Positions 22,579-31,775 of a DNA stretch of 44,484 bases are shown here, piece after piece (the stretch's first letter is position 1; each line of letters begins with the position of its first letter). The position numbers and the translations under genes are program-made. The notes beneath the pieces were generated by a model. The model made no database searches, had not been told where the DNA came from, and saw only the letters and a list, made by a program, of their open reading frames with translations. This DNA is from Gammaproteobacteria bacterium (GTDB lineage Bacteria; Pseudomonadota; Gammaproteobacteria; Natronospirales; REEB76): assembly GCA_050739175.1 (NCBI GenBank), contig JBOIAZ010000132.1:1-44484 (forward strand), given 5' to 3'.

Positions 22579-24539
22579 ACGCGGTATTGCCGGTCAACCC
22601 CGAGCCGCGCCTGGAGCGTACGCGCCTGTTGTGGACGCTCGCGGCACTCGCGGCCATGACTCTGCCGCACGCGCTGCACCTCGCGCCCTGGATTGTGCTG
22701 ACCGCGGCGCTCATCGCGATGTGGCGCCTGGGCGTGGACTACTTTGGCTGGCCGCTGTTCAGCCGCTACACGCGCATCGCCTTCGGAGTGCTGGCCTTCG
22801 TTGGCGTGTACGCGACCTATCACACCTTCAACGGCCCGGAGGCCGGCACGGCCCTGCTGATGCTGCTGGCCGGGCTCAAGCTCATGGAAGCGCGCGGACT
22901 GCGCGACTATTTCCTGCTGCTGGTGATCACCCTGGTCATCGGCTTGACCAACTTCCTGTACGACCAGACAATTCCGCTGGCGATCTACATGGTACCGGCC
23001 GTGTGGCTGGCGGGTACGGCGCTGCTCAATATCGCCCATCCGGACACCGGACACACGCCGCTGGCCTCCGCAAGAACCAGCGCACGCATGCTGCTGTCGG
23101 CGCTGCCGGTGGCGCTGGTGCTGTTCCTGCTTTTCCCGCGCATTCCCGGCCCCTTGTGGAGTCTGGCGCTGCCGCAGCACTCCGCGGTCACCGGCCTGTC
23201 CACCAGCATGTCGCCGGGCAGCCTGAGCCGCCTCGCGCAATCGGACGCCATCGCTTTCCGGGCCAAATTCCTGAATGCCGCACCACCACGCTCGCAGCTC
23301 TACTGGCGCGCGCTCGTGCTGCACGATTACGACGGTCAAACCTGGACCGCCGGCAACATCACGTGGGATGGCAGCAACACGCTGTCCGCGCGCGGCGCGC
23401 CTGTGAACTATCAAATCACCCTGCAGCCCAATCATCTGCGTGTGCTGTACGCGCTGGACTTGCCGGCCCAGGGGCCGGCAAACACGCGCCTGACCGCGGA
23501 CTACGAAATGCTCGTGCCGCAGCCGGTAACGGAACTCAGGTTGTATGACGCAAGTTCCTACACCGATTATCGCTACGGCCTGGACATCCCGGCCTGGGAG
23601 CTGCGCCACGATATGCGCCTGCCTCCCGGGATTGATCCGCGCGCGCGACAGCTCGCTCAAGGCTGGCGTGCCGCGGCCGCGGCGCCGGACCAGATTGTTC
23701 AGGATGCGCTGCACATGTTTCACCAGCAGCCTTTCCGATATACGCTGCAGCCGGGGGTGCTAAACGGTCCGAATCGCATTGACGAATTCCTGTTCAGCAC
23801 ACGCCGCGGTTTCTGCGAACACTACGCCAGTGCCTTTGTGTTCCTGATGCGCGCTGCCGGCATTCCGGCACACGTGGTCATCGGTTATCAGGGCGGCACG
23901 CGCAATCCGGTGGACGGTTATTACGTCGTGCGTCAGGAAGATGCGCATGCGTGGGCGGAAGTGTGGCTCGCAGGCCGGGGCTGGGTGCGTGTGGATCCGA
24001 CCGCGGCCGTGGATCCGGCGCGTGTGGACCAGGGGCTGGCCGCCGCTCTGCCGGGCGAAGTGATACCCGGATATTTTTTCAACGCCCATCCATGGGTGGG
24101 ACAGTTGCGCAACGCCTGGGACGCACTCAACAACGGCTGGAATCAGTGGATACTGGCCTACGGTCCGGAACTGCAGAGCCGCTTTTTTGCTGAATTCGGA
24201 CTGGCGTCTGGCAACTGGCTGCAACCGGTATTGGTGCTGCTGGTTGCAATCTGCGCGATTCTGCTGCTTATCTGGCTGGTGCTATGGTGGCATCACCGCG
24301 CCCCGCGGCCTTCGGGCGTGCAACGCGACTATCTGCGCTTCTGCCGCAAGCTCGCAAACCGGGGGCTGGCCCGCGCCGGCAGTGAGGGTCCGCTGGATTA
24401 TGCGCAGCGCGTGATCCGTGCGCGGCCGGATCTGACGTCTTCGGTGAGCGCCATCGTCACGTTCTATGTGAACCTGCGTTATGCAGGGAGCGGCGATGCC
24501 CGCGCATTCGCGAGACGGGTACACGCCTTCCATCCGTGA
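22575..24539 (+). CDS. transglutaminase-like membrane protein (TgpA-type: DUF3488 TM region, transglutaminase core, DUF4129-like C-terminus)
   Basis: 654 aa from a GTG that overlaps the DUF58 stop (GTGA). It has multiple N-terminal TM helices, the catalytic Cys region RRGFCEHYASAFVFLMRAAGIPAHVV, then His/Asp (DAHAWAEVWL...GWVRVDPT). Confidence 0.85.
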   Translation: MNAVLPVNPEPRLERTRLLWTLAALAAMTLPHALHLAPWIVLTAALIAMWRLGVDYFGWPLFSRYTRIAFGVLAFVGVYATYHTFNGPEAGTALLMLLAGLKLMEARGLRDYFLLLVITLVIGLTNFLYDQTIPLAIYMVPAVWLAGTALLNIAHPDTGHTPLASARTSARMLLSALPVALVLFLLFPRIPGPLWSLALPQHSAVTGLSTSMSPGSLSRLAQSDAIAFRAKFLNAAPPRSQLYWRALVLHDYDGQTWTAGNITWDGSNTLSARGAPVNYQITLQPNHLRVLYALDLPAQGPANTRLTADYEMLVPQPVTELRLYDASSYTDYRYGLDIPAWELRHDMRLPPGIDPRARQLAQGWRAAAAAPDQIVQDALHMFHQQPFRYTLQPGVLNGPNRIDEFLFSTRRGFCEHYASAFVFLMRAAGIPAHVVIGYQGGTRNPVDGYYVVRQEDAHAWAEVWLAGRGWVRVDPTAAVDPARVDQGLAAALPGEVIPGYFFNAHPWVGQLRNAWDALNNGWNQWILAYGPELQSRFFAEFGLASGNWLQPVLVLLVAICAILLLIWLVLWWHHRAPRPSGVQRDYLRFCRKLANRGLARAGSEGPLDYAQRVIRARPDLTSSVSAIVTFYVNLRYAGSGDARAFARRVHAFHP

Positions 24540-24588
24540 GCCAGAACTCCGGCGCAGATACGGCAATCATATGGGCTGAAAACAATTT

Positions 24589-24628
24589 GGTGTACCCGCG
24601 CGGAGGAAAACCTCCGCGCGGGTACACC
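24589..24628. terminator. perfect 18-bp-stem hairpin (ggtgtacccgcgcggagg-aaaa-cctccgcgcgggtacacc), probable bidirectional terminator
   Basis: It lies between the convergent tgpA-like gene (+) and the lipoprotein gene (-). Short T-rich runs flank it on both strands. Confidence 0.6.
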
Positions 24629-24688
24629 TGTGCTGAATTTGCGCTCAGCCGGCGGCCGCCGCGCTCAACCGCAGTGCTTTGCCACGCC

Positions 24689-25405
24689 TCAACTGCCGCT
24701 CGGGGCCGCCTGCGTGTAAGTTGCGGGGAATCCGCTTGGTGGCTTGGCCAGATTCCAGGTCCCGGGTTTCTGGGAATCCTGGATGAAATTCAACGTCCAC
24801 GACACCTGGGAATACGCCGTGGAGATCAGCGAACCCGGGATGGCGATGGAAATTGAATTCGCGCTCCAAAACGTCAAGCCGCAGGGCATGCTGACCGGCG
24901 TGTTATCCGCTACCGCAGTGACCGTCAATGAGCAACGCACGCCGCTGACATGCACGGCCAGCCCGGAATATATGGCACCGGCCACGCTGCTGTTGAAAAT
25001 CCTGTCGGCAGCTGGTGCGGATATCGTCCAATTGGTCGGCACATACATGCCAATGTCGGGAACGCTGGAAGCGGAGAGCGTGTTGTTGCCGAATTGCCTG
25101 AGCGTGAGGATCTGCTGGCCCTTGGGGGTGTTGAAGCCGATTTCCACATACGAATGCGGTGAACCCAGCGCATTCTTCTTGTCCTGCAACACCGTACAGC
25201 CCATACCGACTTCGGGCGGGTTGGTTCCGTCCCCGCGGTAGGTGTAGTAATTGCAGGTCTGGCCGCTGATCAGGAAGTTGGCACTGTCGGTGTATGAGGC
25301 CTTGGTGGGCACGCCGATGAGCGCAAACGTCGAACCAGACGAACCGCAAGCCGCGAGCAGCATGACTCCGCAGGCGCAAAGCCCACCCATTAACATCCGC
25401 TTCAT
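24689..25405 (-). CDS. hypothetical lipoprotein
   Basis: 238 aa from MKRMLMGGLCACGVMLLAACGSS (lipobox LLAAC), with GGAGGG upstream. It is predicted beta-rich and contains several Cys. I recognise no family. Confidence 0.6.
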   Translation of the reverse strand: MKRMLMGGLCACGVMLLAACGSSGSTFALIGVPTKASYTDSANFLISGQTCNYYTYRGDGTNPPEVGMGCTVLQDKKNALGSPHSYVEIGFNTPKGQQILTLRQFGNNTLSASSVPDIGMYVPTNWTISAPAADRIFNSSVAGAIYSGLAVHVSGVRCSLTVTAVADNTPVSMPCGLTFWSANSISIAIPGSLISTAYSQVSWTLNFIQDSQKPGTWNLAKPPSGFPATYTQAAPSGS

Positions 25406-25494
25406 AAACCCTCCACGACGGTTTGAAGGCGGCAACAGGCCGCTTTCGGAATCGAATTCTGCCACGACTGGAGCGATTTCGCAGGTCCGCCGGT

Positions 25495-26808
25495 TCAATC
25501 CGGCGCGCCGGGCGCGGCCCCAGCGGTGGCGGCCGGGCGCCCTTCCGCCAACGCCAGCAGCACCGCCCCCACCACAAACAGCAGAATTACCGACAAAATC
25601 GACAGCCGCGGGCTGCCGCTCAGGTAACTCACCAAGCCGATCAGGAACGGGCCGATGATGGCGGCAAATTCACCCAGCATATTATAGAAACCGAAGAATT
25701 CGCCGGCGCGCTCGGCCGGCACCAAGCGCGCGTAGTACGAGCGGCTGAGGAGTTGCACCCCGCCCTGCACCAGGCCCACCAGCGCGGCCAGCACAAAAAA
25801 CTGCCAAGAATGCCGCATGAAGGCGGCGAACACCGTCACGAACACGTACACCGCCAGACCGATGAAGATCGCGATTTTCGGGCCGATGCGCTCGCCCAGG
25901 CGCCCGAACAGCAGTGCCGCCGGCACGCCGATGAACTGTACCATGAGCACCGCCAGAATCAGGTCGGTGGTGCTGAAGCCTATGGCCTTGCCATAATCCA
26001 CTGCCATCTGAATGATGGTGTTCACGCCGTCGATATAAACCCAGTAGGCGATCAGGAACATGAACACCGGCTTGTAGGCGCGCACGTGGCGGAAGGTTTC
26101 CGCCAGTTGTCGCACGCCGGCCTTGGCCGTCCTGAACCATCCCGTTCGGTCCTGCGGCTTTTGCGGCTCGGGCACCCAGAACAGCAACGGCAGGGAAAAC
26201 ACCACCCACCAGATGGCGGTCAGTATCAGGATCAGCTTTACCGCCGCGGTGGCGTCGGCCAGACCAAACCATTGCGGCTTGAGACTCAAGACCACGCCCA
26301 CGGCCAGGAACAAGCCGCCACCCAGGTACCCGGCGAAATAGCCGACGGCGGAGGTCATGTCGAGTTTGCCGGGCTCGGCCACCGACACCAGCATGGAGTC
26401 GCCGAACACGTTGCCCCACCAGTAGCACATGGAGGCGATCACGTAGAACAGCCACGCCCACTGCCACTGCCCCATATTCACGAAGTGCAGCGCCAGCACC
26501 ATGACCGCGCCCAGAAACGCACTGGTAATCAGAAAGCGCTTCTTGTATCCGCCGCGGTCGGCAATCGCGCCCAGCACCGGCGCCGACAGCGCCACCGCCA
26601 GACTGGCGATGGAATTCGCCAGACCCAGGCGGAAGGTATTCACCGTCACCGAGCTGCCGTGGTCCCAGTACTTCTGGAAAAAGATCGGGAAAAAAACCGT
26701 GATGACCGAAGTCGTGTAGGCGTGATTGCCCCAGTAGTAGGACGCCCACCCCCACAGCTTGCGGCTCTTCGCCAACGGCATGCGCCGGCTCCGGAAGACA
26801 ACCGCCAC
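25495..26808 (-). CDS. MFS transporter (UMF1/Atg22-like family)
   Basis: 437-aa ORF with about 12 TM helices and an N-terminus WGWASYYWGNHAYTTSVITVFFPIFF typical of UMF1. An alternative start lies at 26781. Confidence 0.85.
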   Translation of the reverse strand: MAVVFRSRRMPLAKSRKLWGWASYYWGNHAYTTSVITVFFPIFFQKYWDHGSSVTVNTFRLGLANSIASLAVALSAPVLGAIADRGGYKKRFLITSAFLGAVMVLALHFVNMGQWQWAWLFYVIASMCYWWGNVFGDSMLVSVAEPGKLDMTSAVGYFAGYLGGGLFLAVGVVLSLKPQWFGLADATAAVKLILILTAIWWVVFSLPLLFWVPEPQKPQDRTGWFRTAKAGVRQLAETFRHVRAYKPVFMFLIAYWVYIDGVNTIIQMAVDYGKAIGFSTTDLILAVLMVQFIGVPAALLFGRLGERIGPKIAIFIGLAVYVFVTVFAAFMRHSWQFFVLAALVGLVQGGVQLLSRSYYARLVPAERAGEFFGFYNMLGEFAAIIGPFLIGLVSYLSGSPRLSILSVILLFVVGAVLLALAEGRPAATAGAAPGAPD

Positions 26809-26899
26809 AGGCTAGCAGGAATGTGAAGATGCCGCTATCTCTTGGCAGAACTGCAGGTCGGCGCACCCGGCATCAACGCGGCCCGCGTGTTTTCCGTCG

Positions 26900-28495
26900 T
26901 CAGGCAACCAGTGATTCGATGCCGCGTTCGCGGGTGGTGCGGAAGCGCACCTCGGGCCAGCGCTCTTCGACGAGTTGCAGATTGATGAGTGTGGGCGCCA
27001 CGTACACCAGACTGCCGGTGTGGTCCAGCGCCAGATTGTCAAAAACCCTGTTGCGAAATTCCGTGAGCCGCTTGGCGTCCTCGCACTCCACCCAACGCGC
27101 GGTGGCGACGTTGATGCTATCGAACACGCAGTCCACGCCGTATTCTTCCCGCAAACGGTAAGCCACGACATCGAATTGCAGTAAGCCGACCGCACCCAGG
27201 ATCAGCTCATTGTTGCGCAGGGGTTTGAACAACTGCGTGGCGCCTTCCTCGCAGAGCTGGGCCAGGCCCTTGGCCAAGGCCTTGGATTTGAGCGGCTCCT
27301 TGAGCACCACGCGCCGGAAGATTTCCGGCGCAAAATTCGGGATACCGGTGAAGCTCAGATCCTCGCCCTGTGTGAAGGCATCGCCGATGGCCACGGTGCC
27401 GTGGTTGTGAATGCCGATGATGTCCCCGGCGTAGGCTTCCTCAGCACGCTCACGCTCGGCGGCCATGAAAGTCAGGGCGTCGGCGATTTTCATCTCGCGC
27501 CCGAGGCGCACGTGCTTGACGCGCATGCCGGGCGTGTAACGTCCCGAGCACAGCCGCAGGAAGGCGATGCGGTCGTGGTGCTGCGGATCCATGTTGGCCT
27601 GGATCTTGAACACGAAGCCGCTGAGCTTTTCTTCCAGCGGCTCCACTCGGCGCGTCGTGGTCGCACGCGCACGCGGCGGCGGCGCGTGCTCCACGAAGGC
27701 GTCCAGCAGCTCGCGCACCCCGAAGTTGTTGATTGCCGAGCCGAAATACACCGGCGTCAGCCGGCCGGCCAGATACTCATCCTGGTCGAAGGCATGCGCG
27801 GCGCCGCGCACCAGTTCAATTTCTGCACGCAGTGCTTGCGCGTCGTCACCCAGCAGTGCATCCGCGGTCGCACTCTTCAGACCGCCGATCACCCGTACTT
27901 CACCCAAACGGCCGGTTTTGTCACCCTCGTATATATAGATACGGTCCTCACCCAGGTGATAAATGCCCTTGAGATCGCGCCCCATGCCGATCGGCCAGGT
28001 CACGGGCGCGCAATGGATTTGCAGCACCGACTCCACCTCGTCCAGTAGCAACATGGGATCGCGGCCGTCGCGATCCAGCTTGTTGATGAACGTCATGATG
28101 GGCGTGTCGCGCAGGCGGCAGACTTCCATGAGCTTGATGGTGCGCTCCTCCACGCCCTTGGCGCAGTCAATCACCATGAGCGTCGAATCCACCGCGGTGA
28201 GCGTGCGGTAGGTGTCCTCGGAAAAATCTTCGTGGCCGGGCGTGTCGAGCAGATTGATTACGCGGCCGTGGTAGGGAAACTGCATTACCGAGGAGGTCAC
28301 CGAAATGCCGCGCTGCTGCTCGAGCTTCATCCAGTCGGAAGTGGCGTGGCGCGCGGCCTTGCGGCCCTTGACCGCGCCCGCCATCTGGATGGCGCCGCCG
28401 AAAAGCAGCAGCTTTTCGGTAAGTGTGGTCTTGCCGGCGTCCGGGTGCGAGATGATGGCAAAGGTGCGCCGCCGGCCGATTTCCTGGTCGAACAT
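26900..28495 (-). CDS. prfC: peptide chain release factor 3 PrfC
   Basis: 531-aa ORF starting [22 protein letters not shown], with the DTPGHEDF and NKLDR GTPase motifs. It is collinear with RF3. Confidence 0.95.
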   Translation of the reverse strand: MFDQEIGRRRTFAIISHPDAGKTTLTEKLLLFGGAIQMAGAVKGRKAARHATSDWMKLEQQRGISVTSSVMQFPYHGRVINLLDTPGHEDFSEDTYRTLTAVDSTLMVIDCAKGVEERTIKLMEVCRLRDTPIMTFINKLDRDGRDPMLLLDEVESVLQIHCAPVTWPIGMGRDLKGIYHLGEDRIYIYEGDKTGRLGEVRVIGGLKSATADALLGDDAQALRAEIELVRGAAHAFDQDEYLAGRLTPVYFGSAINNFGVRELLDAFVEHAPPPRARATTTRRVEPLEEKLSGFVFKIQANMDPQHHDRIAFLRLCSGRYTPGMRVKHVRLGREMKIADALTFMAAERERAEEAYAGDIIGIHNHGTVAIGDAFTQGEDLSFTGIPNFAPEIFRRVVLKEPLKSKALAKGLAQLCEEGATQLFKPLRNNELILGAVGLLQFDVVAYRLREEYGVDCVFDSINVATARWVECEDAKRLTEFRNRVFDNLALDHTGSLVYVAPTLINLQLVEERWPEVRFRTTRERGIESLVA

Positions 28496-28512
28496 GACTG
28501 GGGAACCCGTGG

Positions 28513-28546
28513 AAAAAAGCGCGCCATTTTACCCGAAGCGCGCTTT
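28513..28546 (-). terminator. rho-independent terminator-like hairpin downstream of rimI
   Basis: On the minus strand the sequence is aaagcgcgc, a 13-nt loop, gcgcgcttt, then TTTTTT. It ends 17 nt before the prfC ATG. Confidence 0.55.
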
Positions 28547-28558
28547 CAGACTGCAGCG

Positions 28559-29026
28559 TTACAACGGCAAACCGAGGATCAGGGCGTCCTCGCGGCCGCG
28601 CTCGCCGGGATAATAGTTTTTGCGCATGCCGACCTGCGCGAAGCCGCGCGTGTGATAAAGCCGCAGCGCCGGCTTGTTGGACGGACGCACCTCGAGCAGC
28701 ATCTGGTAGGCGCTGCGCTCGCGCGCCAGCTCGATGAATTGCTCGAGCAGCAACCGGCCATAACCCTGACCCTGCCATTCGGGCGCCACGCAGAGGTTGA
28801 GCAGGTGCGCCTCGCCCACCACCAGTGACAGCACGCCGTAACCGCCGATGCTGCCGCCCAATTCCATGATCCAGCAGCCGTAGCCCACGCGCAGGCAATC
28901 GCGAAAGATGCCCTCGCTCCAGTGGAACCGGTAGGCGCGCTTCTCTACCGCCATGACCGCCGCCACATCGTGGTCGCGCATCGGACGGTAGACCGGCGAT
29001 TCGGGAATTGCGACTACCGCGCTCAT
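28559..29026 (-). CDS. rimI: ribosomal protein S18-alanine N-acetyltransferase RimI
   Basis: 155-aa GNAT with the acetyl-CoA motif VAPEWQGQGYGRLLL and a C-terminal YHTRGF...YY. It shows an ATGA overlap with the upstream udg. Confidence 0.88.
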   Translation of the reverse strand: MSAVVAIPESPVYRPMRDHDVAAVMAVEKRAYRFHWSEGIFRDCLRVGYGCWIMELGGSIGGYGVLSLVVGEAHLLNLCVAPEWQGQGYGRLLLEQFIELARERSAYQMLLEVRPSNKPALRLYHTRGFAQVGMRKNYYPGERGREDALILGLPL

Positions 29027-29727
29027 GCCGTGAGCTCCCTGAAGGTGCGTACCGCAAACTGCAGATCCGCCCAGGCTTTGCGCTTCTCTCCCGGTGAGCG
29101 CAGCAGGTACGCCGGATGATAGGTGACCACCACCGGGATGCCGTGCAGCTCATGTACGCAGCCCCGCAGCCCGCCGATGGGGGCGGAGGTTTGCAGCAGG
29201 TTCTGGGCCGCGACGCGGCCCACCGCGAGAATCAGCTTGGGCCGGATGAGCGCGATCTGCCGATCGAGGAACGGCCGGCACGCCGCGGCTTCGTCCGGCG
29301 CAGGATTGCGATTGCCGGGCGGACGGCACTTGACGACGTTCGCGATGTACACCGCTTCGCGCTTCAGACCGATGGCCGCGAGCATGGAATTCAACAGCTG
29401 TCCCGCGCGCCCCACGAACGGTTCGCCCTGGCGGTCTTCATCGGCGCCCGGCGCCTCGCCGATCACCAGCCATTCGGCCTGACGGTTACCCACGCCGAAC
29501 ACCGTCTGCGTGCAGCCGGCGCGCAGCCGGCAGTGCGTGCAGGCTTTAACCGCCGCTTCGAGTTGCTGCCAGTCCATCTGTGCGATGGCGGCGGCACGTG
29601 CGCCGTCTGCCACAGGTGCATCGCTCACGCTCTCGGCATCGGCAACCGCCGGAATGTGCGGCTGCCCGCGCCGCTCCCATACGGTGATGCCGAGATCGTG
29701 CAGACAGCTGGCGCGCTGTATGTCCAT
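29023..29727 (-). CDS. uracil-DNA glycosylase, family 4
   Basis: 234 aa from MDIQRAS. It has C..C....C Fe-S ligands (CTHCRL..GC), [23 protein letters not shown] and HPAYLLR motifs. Confidence 0.85.
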   Translation of the reverse strand: MDIQRASCLHDLGITVWERRGQPHIPAVADAESVSDAPVADGARAAAIAQMDWQQLEAAVKACTHCRLRAGCTQTVFGVGNRQAEWLVIGEAPGADEDRQGEPFVGRAGQLLNSMLAAIGLKREAVYIANVVKCRPPGNRNPAPDEAAACRPFLDRQIALIRPKLILAVGRVAAQNLLQTSAPIGGLRGCVHELHGIPVVVTYHPAYLLRSPGEKRKAWADLQFAVRTFRELTA

Positions 29728-29732
29728 GATCG

Positions 29733-30569
29733 TCAATGTGCAGCGCGACGTGTCCAACGGCGGCGCAAGCGCCACAGCGCCATCACCGGACCGGAACAGG
29801 CGTACAGGAAGAACGCTGCGAACAGCACCCACGGCGGGCTCAATGAAATCACGATGATGGCCACGGGCACGATGAGCAGCATGGCGAAGGGAACGCGGCC
29901 GTACAAATGCAGATCCTTGAAACTGTAAAAGCCGATGCTGCTCACCATGAGCACGCCGGCTGCGACCGTGATGACGTACGCCGGGATCACCAGCGCCGGG
30001 CCGGGAATGCCAAGATCAGTGCCCAGCCACACCGCGCCTGCCACGATGCCGGCGGCCGCCGGACTCGGCAGGCCCTGAAAGTAGCGCTTGTCCACCACGC
30101 CGGTGCGCACGTTGAAGCGTGCCAGACGCAGTGCCGCGGTAATCGCGTAGAAAAACGCGCCCAGCCAGCCGATCTTGCCCCAGGCCCAGCCGAAACTGAT
30201 CATGTCTTTGAAGGCCCACTCGTACATCACCAATGCCGGCGCCAGGCCAAAGGACACCATGTCGGAAAGCGAGTCGTATTCCTTGCCAAAGGCGCTTTCG
30301 GTGTGCGTGAGACGCGCGATGCGGCCATCCAGGCCGTCGAAGATCATGGCCACGAACACCGCGACCGCGGCCGCTTCGAAGTGGCCGACGATCGCGGCCA
30401 CGATGGCATAAAACCCCGCGAACAGGCCGGCGGTGGTAATCAGGTTGGGCAACAGATAGATGCCGCGGCGGCGCGGGCCCTCGATGCCGGCTTCCGCGGC
30501 TTCATTCACCTGCTCGTCAATGCCAACTTCGGTATCGACGTCGGGATCGGGCGTGGTGGGCACGTGCAT
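29733..30569 (-). CDS. pssA: CDP-diacylglycerol--serine O-phosphatidyltransferase PssA (type II)
   Basis: 278 aa from MHVPTTPD, with GAGG 7 nt upstream. It has RRGIYLLPNLITTAGLFAGF and the CDP-alcohol motif DGLDGRIARL....G.E.DSL.D. Confidence 0.88.
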   Translation of the reverse strand: MHVPTTPDPDVDTEVGIDEQVNEAAEAGIEGPRRRGIYLLPNLITTAGLFAGFYAIVAAIVGHFEAAAVAVFVAMIFDGLDGRIARLTHTESAFGKEYDSLSDMVSFGLAPALVMYEWAFKDMISFGWAWGKIGWLGAFFYAITAALRLARFNVRTGVVDKRYFQGLPSPAAAGIVAGAVWLGTDLGIPGPALVIPAYVITVAAGVLMVSSIGFYSFKDLHLYGRVPFAMLLIVPVAIIVISLSPPWVLFAAFFLYACSGPVMALWRLRRRWTRRAAH

Positions 30570-30633
30570 GGACTGGCCTCTGATGTAATGGCTTATCATG
30601 CCATGGGCGGCAATCGCGTGCGTACGCGGACCG

Positions 30634-31632
30634 TCAGCCGCTGCCGCCGTGGGCATGCATGTGCTCGCGCAAGCGTTGGCCCACGGCTTCGATCAGCTGC
30701 GCACGCGCGCGCACCCGCTCGGCCTTGATAGTCGGCAAACCGGCATGTAATTCGCGCTCCAGCTCCGCGGCAAACTGGCCGTTCTGGATTTCCTTGAGGA
30801 TTTGCTGCATCGCCGCACGCGTGGGCTCGCCAATGATGCGCGCACCGCGCGTGTAATCTCCGAACTCGGCGGTGGTGGAAATGGATGCGCGCATGCCGGC
30901 GATACCGCGCTGGTAAATCATGTCGGTCATGAGCTTCACTTCGTGCAGACATGCGAAGTAGGCCACCTCCGGTGTGTAACCGGTCTGAACCAGCGTGTCG
31001 AACGCGGCCTGAATCAGATGTGTCAACCCGCCGCTCAGCACGGCCTGTTCGGCAAACAGGTCGGTTTCAGTCTCCTCGCGGAAGCTCGACTCGATGATGC
31101 CCGCGCGCCCATGGCCCTGTGCCCAGGCGTAGGAGAGTGCCAAATCGCGCGCCTGGCCGCTGGCGTCCTGGTGCACCGCCACCAGCGCCGGCACGCCGTG
31201 CTGCTCGAGGTATTGCGCGCGCACCTGCTCGCCGATGCCGTTTGGCGCCACAAGCATCACGTCGAGATCGGCGCGCGGCACGATGCGCTGGAAATGGATG
31301 TTGAAACCGTGGGCAAAAATCAACGCGCCGTTCTTGCGCAGCCCGGGCGCGACAATCCCGGTGTAAATCTCGGCCTGCACTTCGTCCGGCACCAGCATCA
31401 CCACGACGTCGGCCCCGGAAACCGCTGCCGCCGGTTCCGCCACGCTCAGCCCGGCGGCGCTCGCGGCCGCGCGTGACGCCGAGCCCGCCCGCAAACCGAC
31501 GCTCAGATTGACGCCGGAATCCTTGAGGTTGAGAGCCTGCGCCCGTCCCTGGGCGCCGAACCCCAGGACGGCGACGCGGCGTGCACGAATCAGCGCGGGA
31601 TTGATTTCGGTGTCGTACAGAACTGTAGGCAT
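30634..31632 (-). CDS. ketol-acid reductoisomerase (class I)-like protein, divergent active site
   Basis: 332 aa from MPTVLYDTEINPALIRARRVAVLGFGAQGRAQALNLKDSG and collinear with class I IlvC. However, APKxPGH is replaced by APNGIGE and YFECLHE by YFACLHE (see findings). Confidence 0.8.
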   Translation of the reverse strand: MPTVLYDTEINPALIRARRVAVLGFGAQGRAQALNLKDSGVNLSVGLRAGSASRAAASAAGLSVAEPAAAVSGADVVVMLVPDEVQAEIYTGIVAPGLRKNGALIFAHGFNIHFQRIVPRADLDVMLVAPNGIGEQVRAQYLEQHGVPALVAVHQDASGQARDLALSYAWAQGHGRAGIIESSFREETETDLFAEQAVLSGGLTHLIQAAFDTLVQTGYTPEVAYFACLHEVKLMTDMIYQRGIAGMRASISTTAEFGDYTRGARIIGEPTRAAMQQILKEIQNGQFAAELERELHAGLPTIKAERVRARAQLIEAVGQRLREHMHAHGGSG

Positions 31633-31775
31633 GCGGTCTTCCGGTAACGGCACCGTGCTTATTGTACCCAGCCGGCGCAGGCCATGGATATCATCGTCAT
31701 CAAAGTACTGCATCGTGCTGTACGCCATCGCGCATCAGCCATTAGAATACGACTTTAAACATAAAGCACTCACCG

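Noticed and set aside
25423-26866. 467-aa + ORF and 394-aa - ORF overlapping the MFS gene
   Set aside because: The frame with 12 hydrophobic helices (25495..26808) is clearly the real one. The others are Arg/His/Gly-rich shadows.
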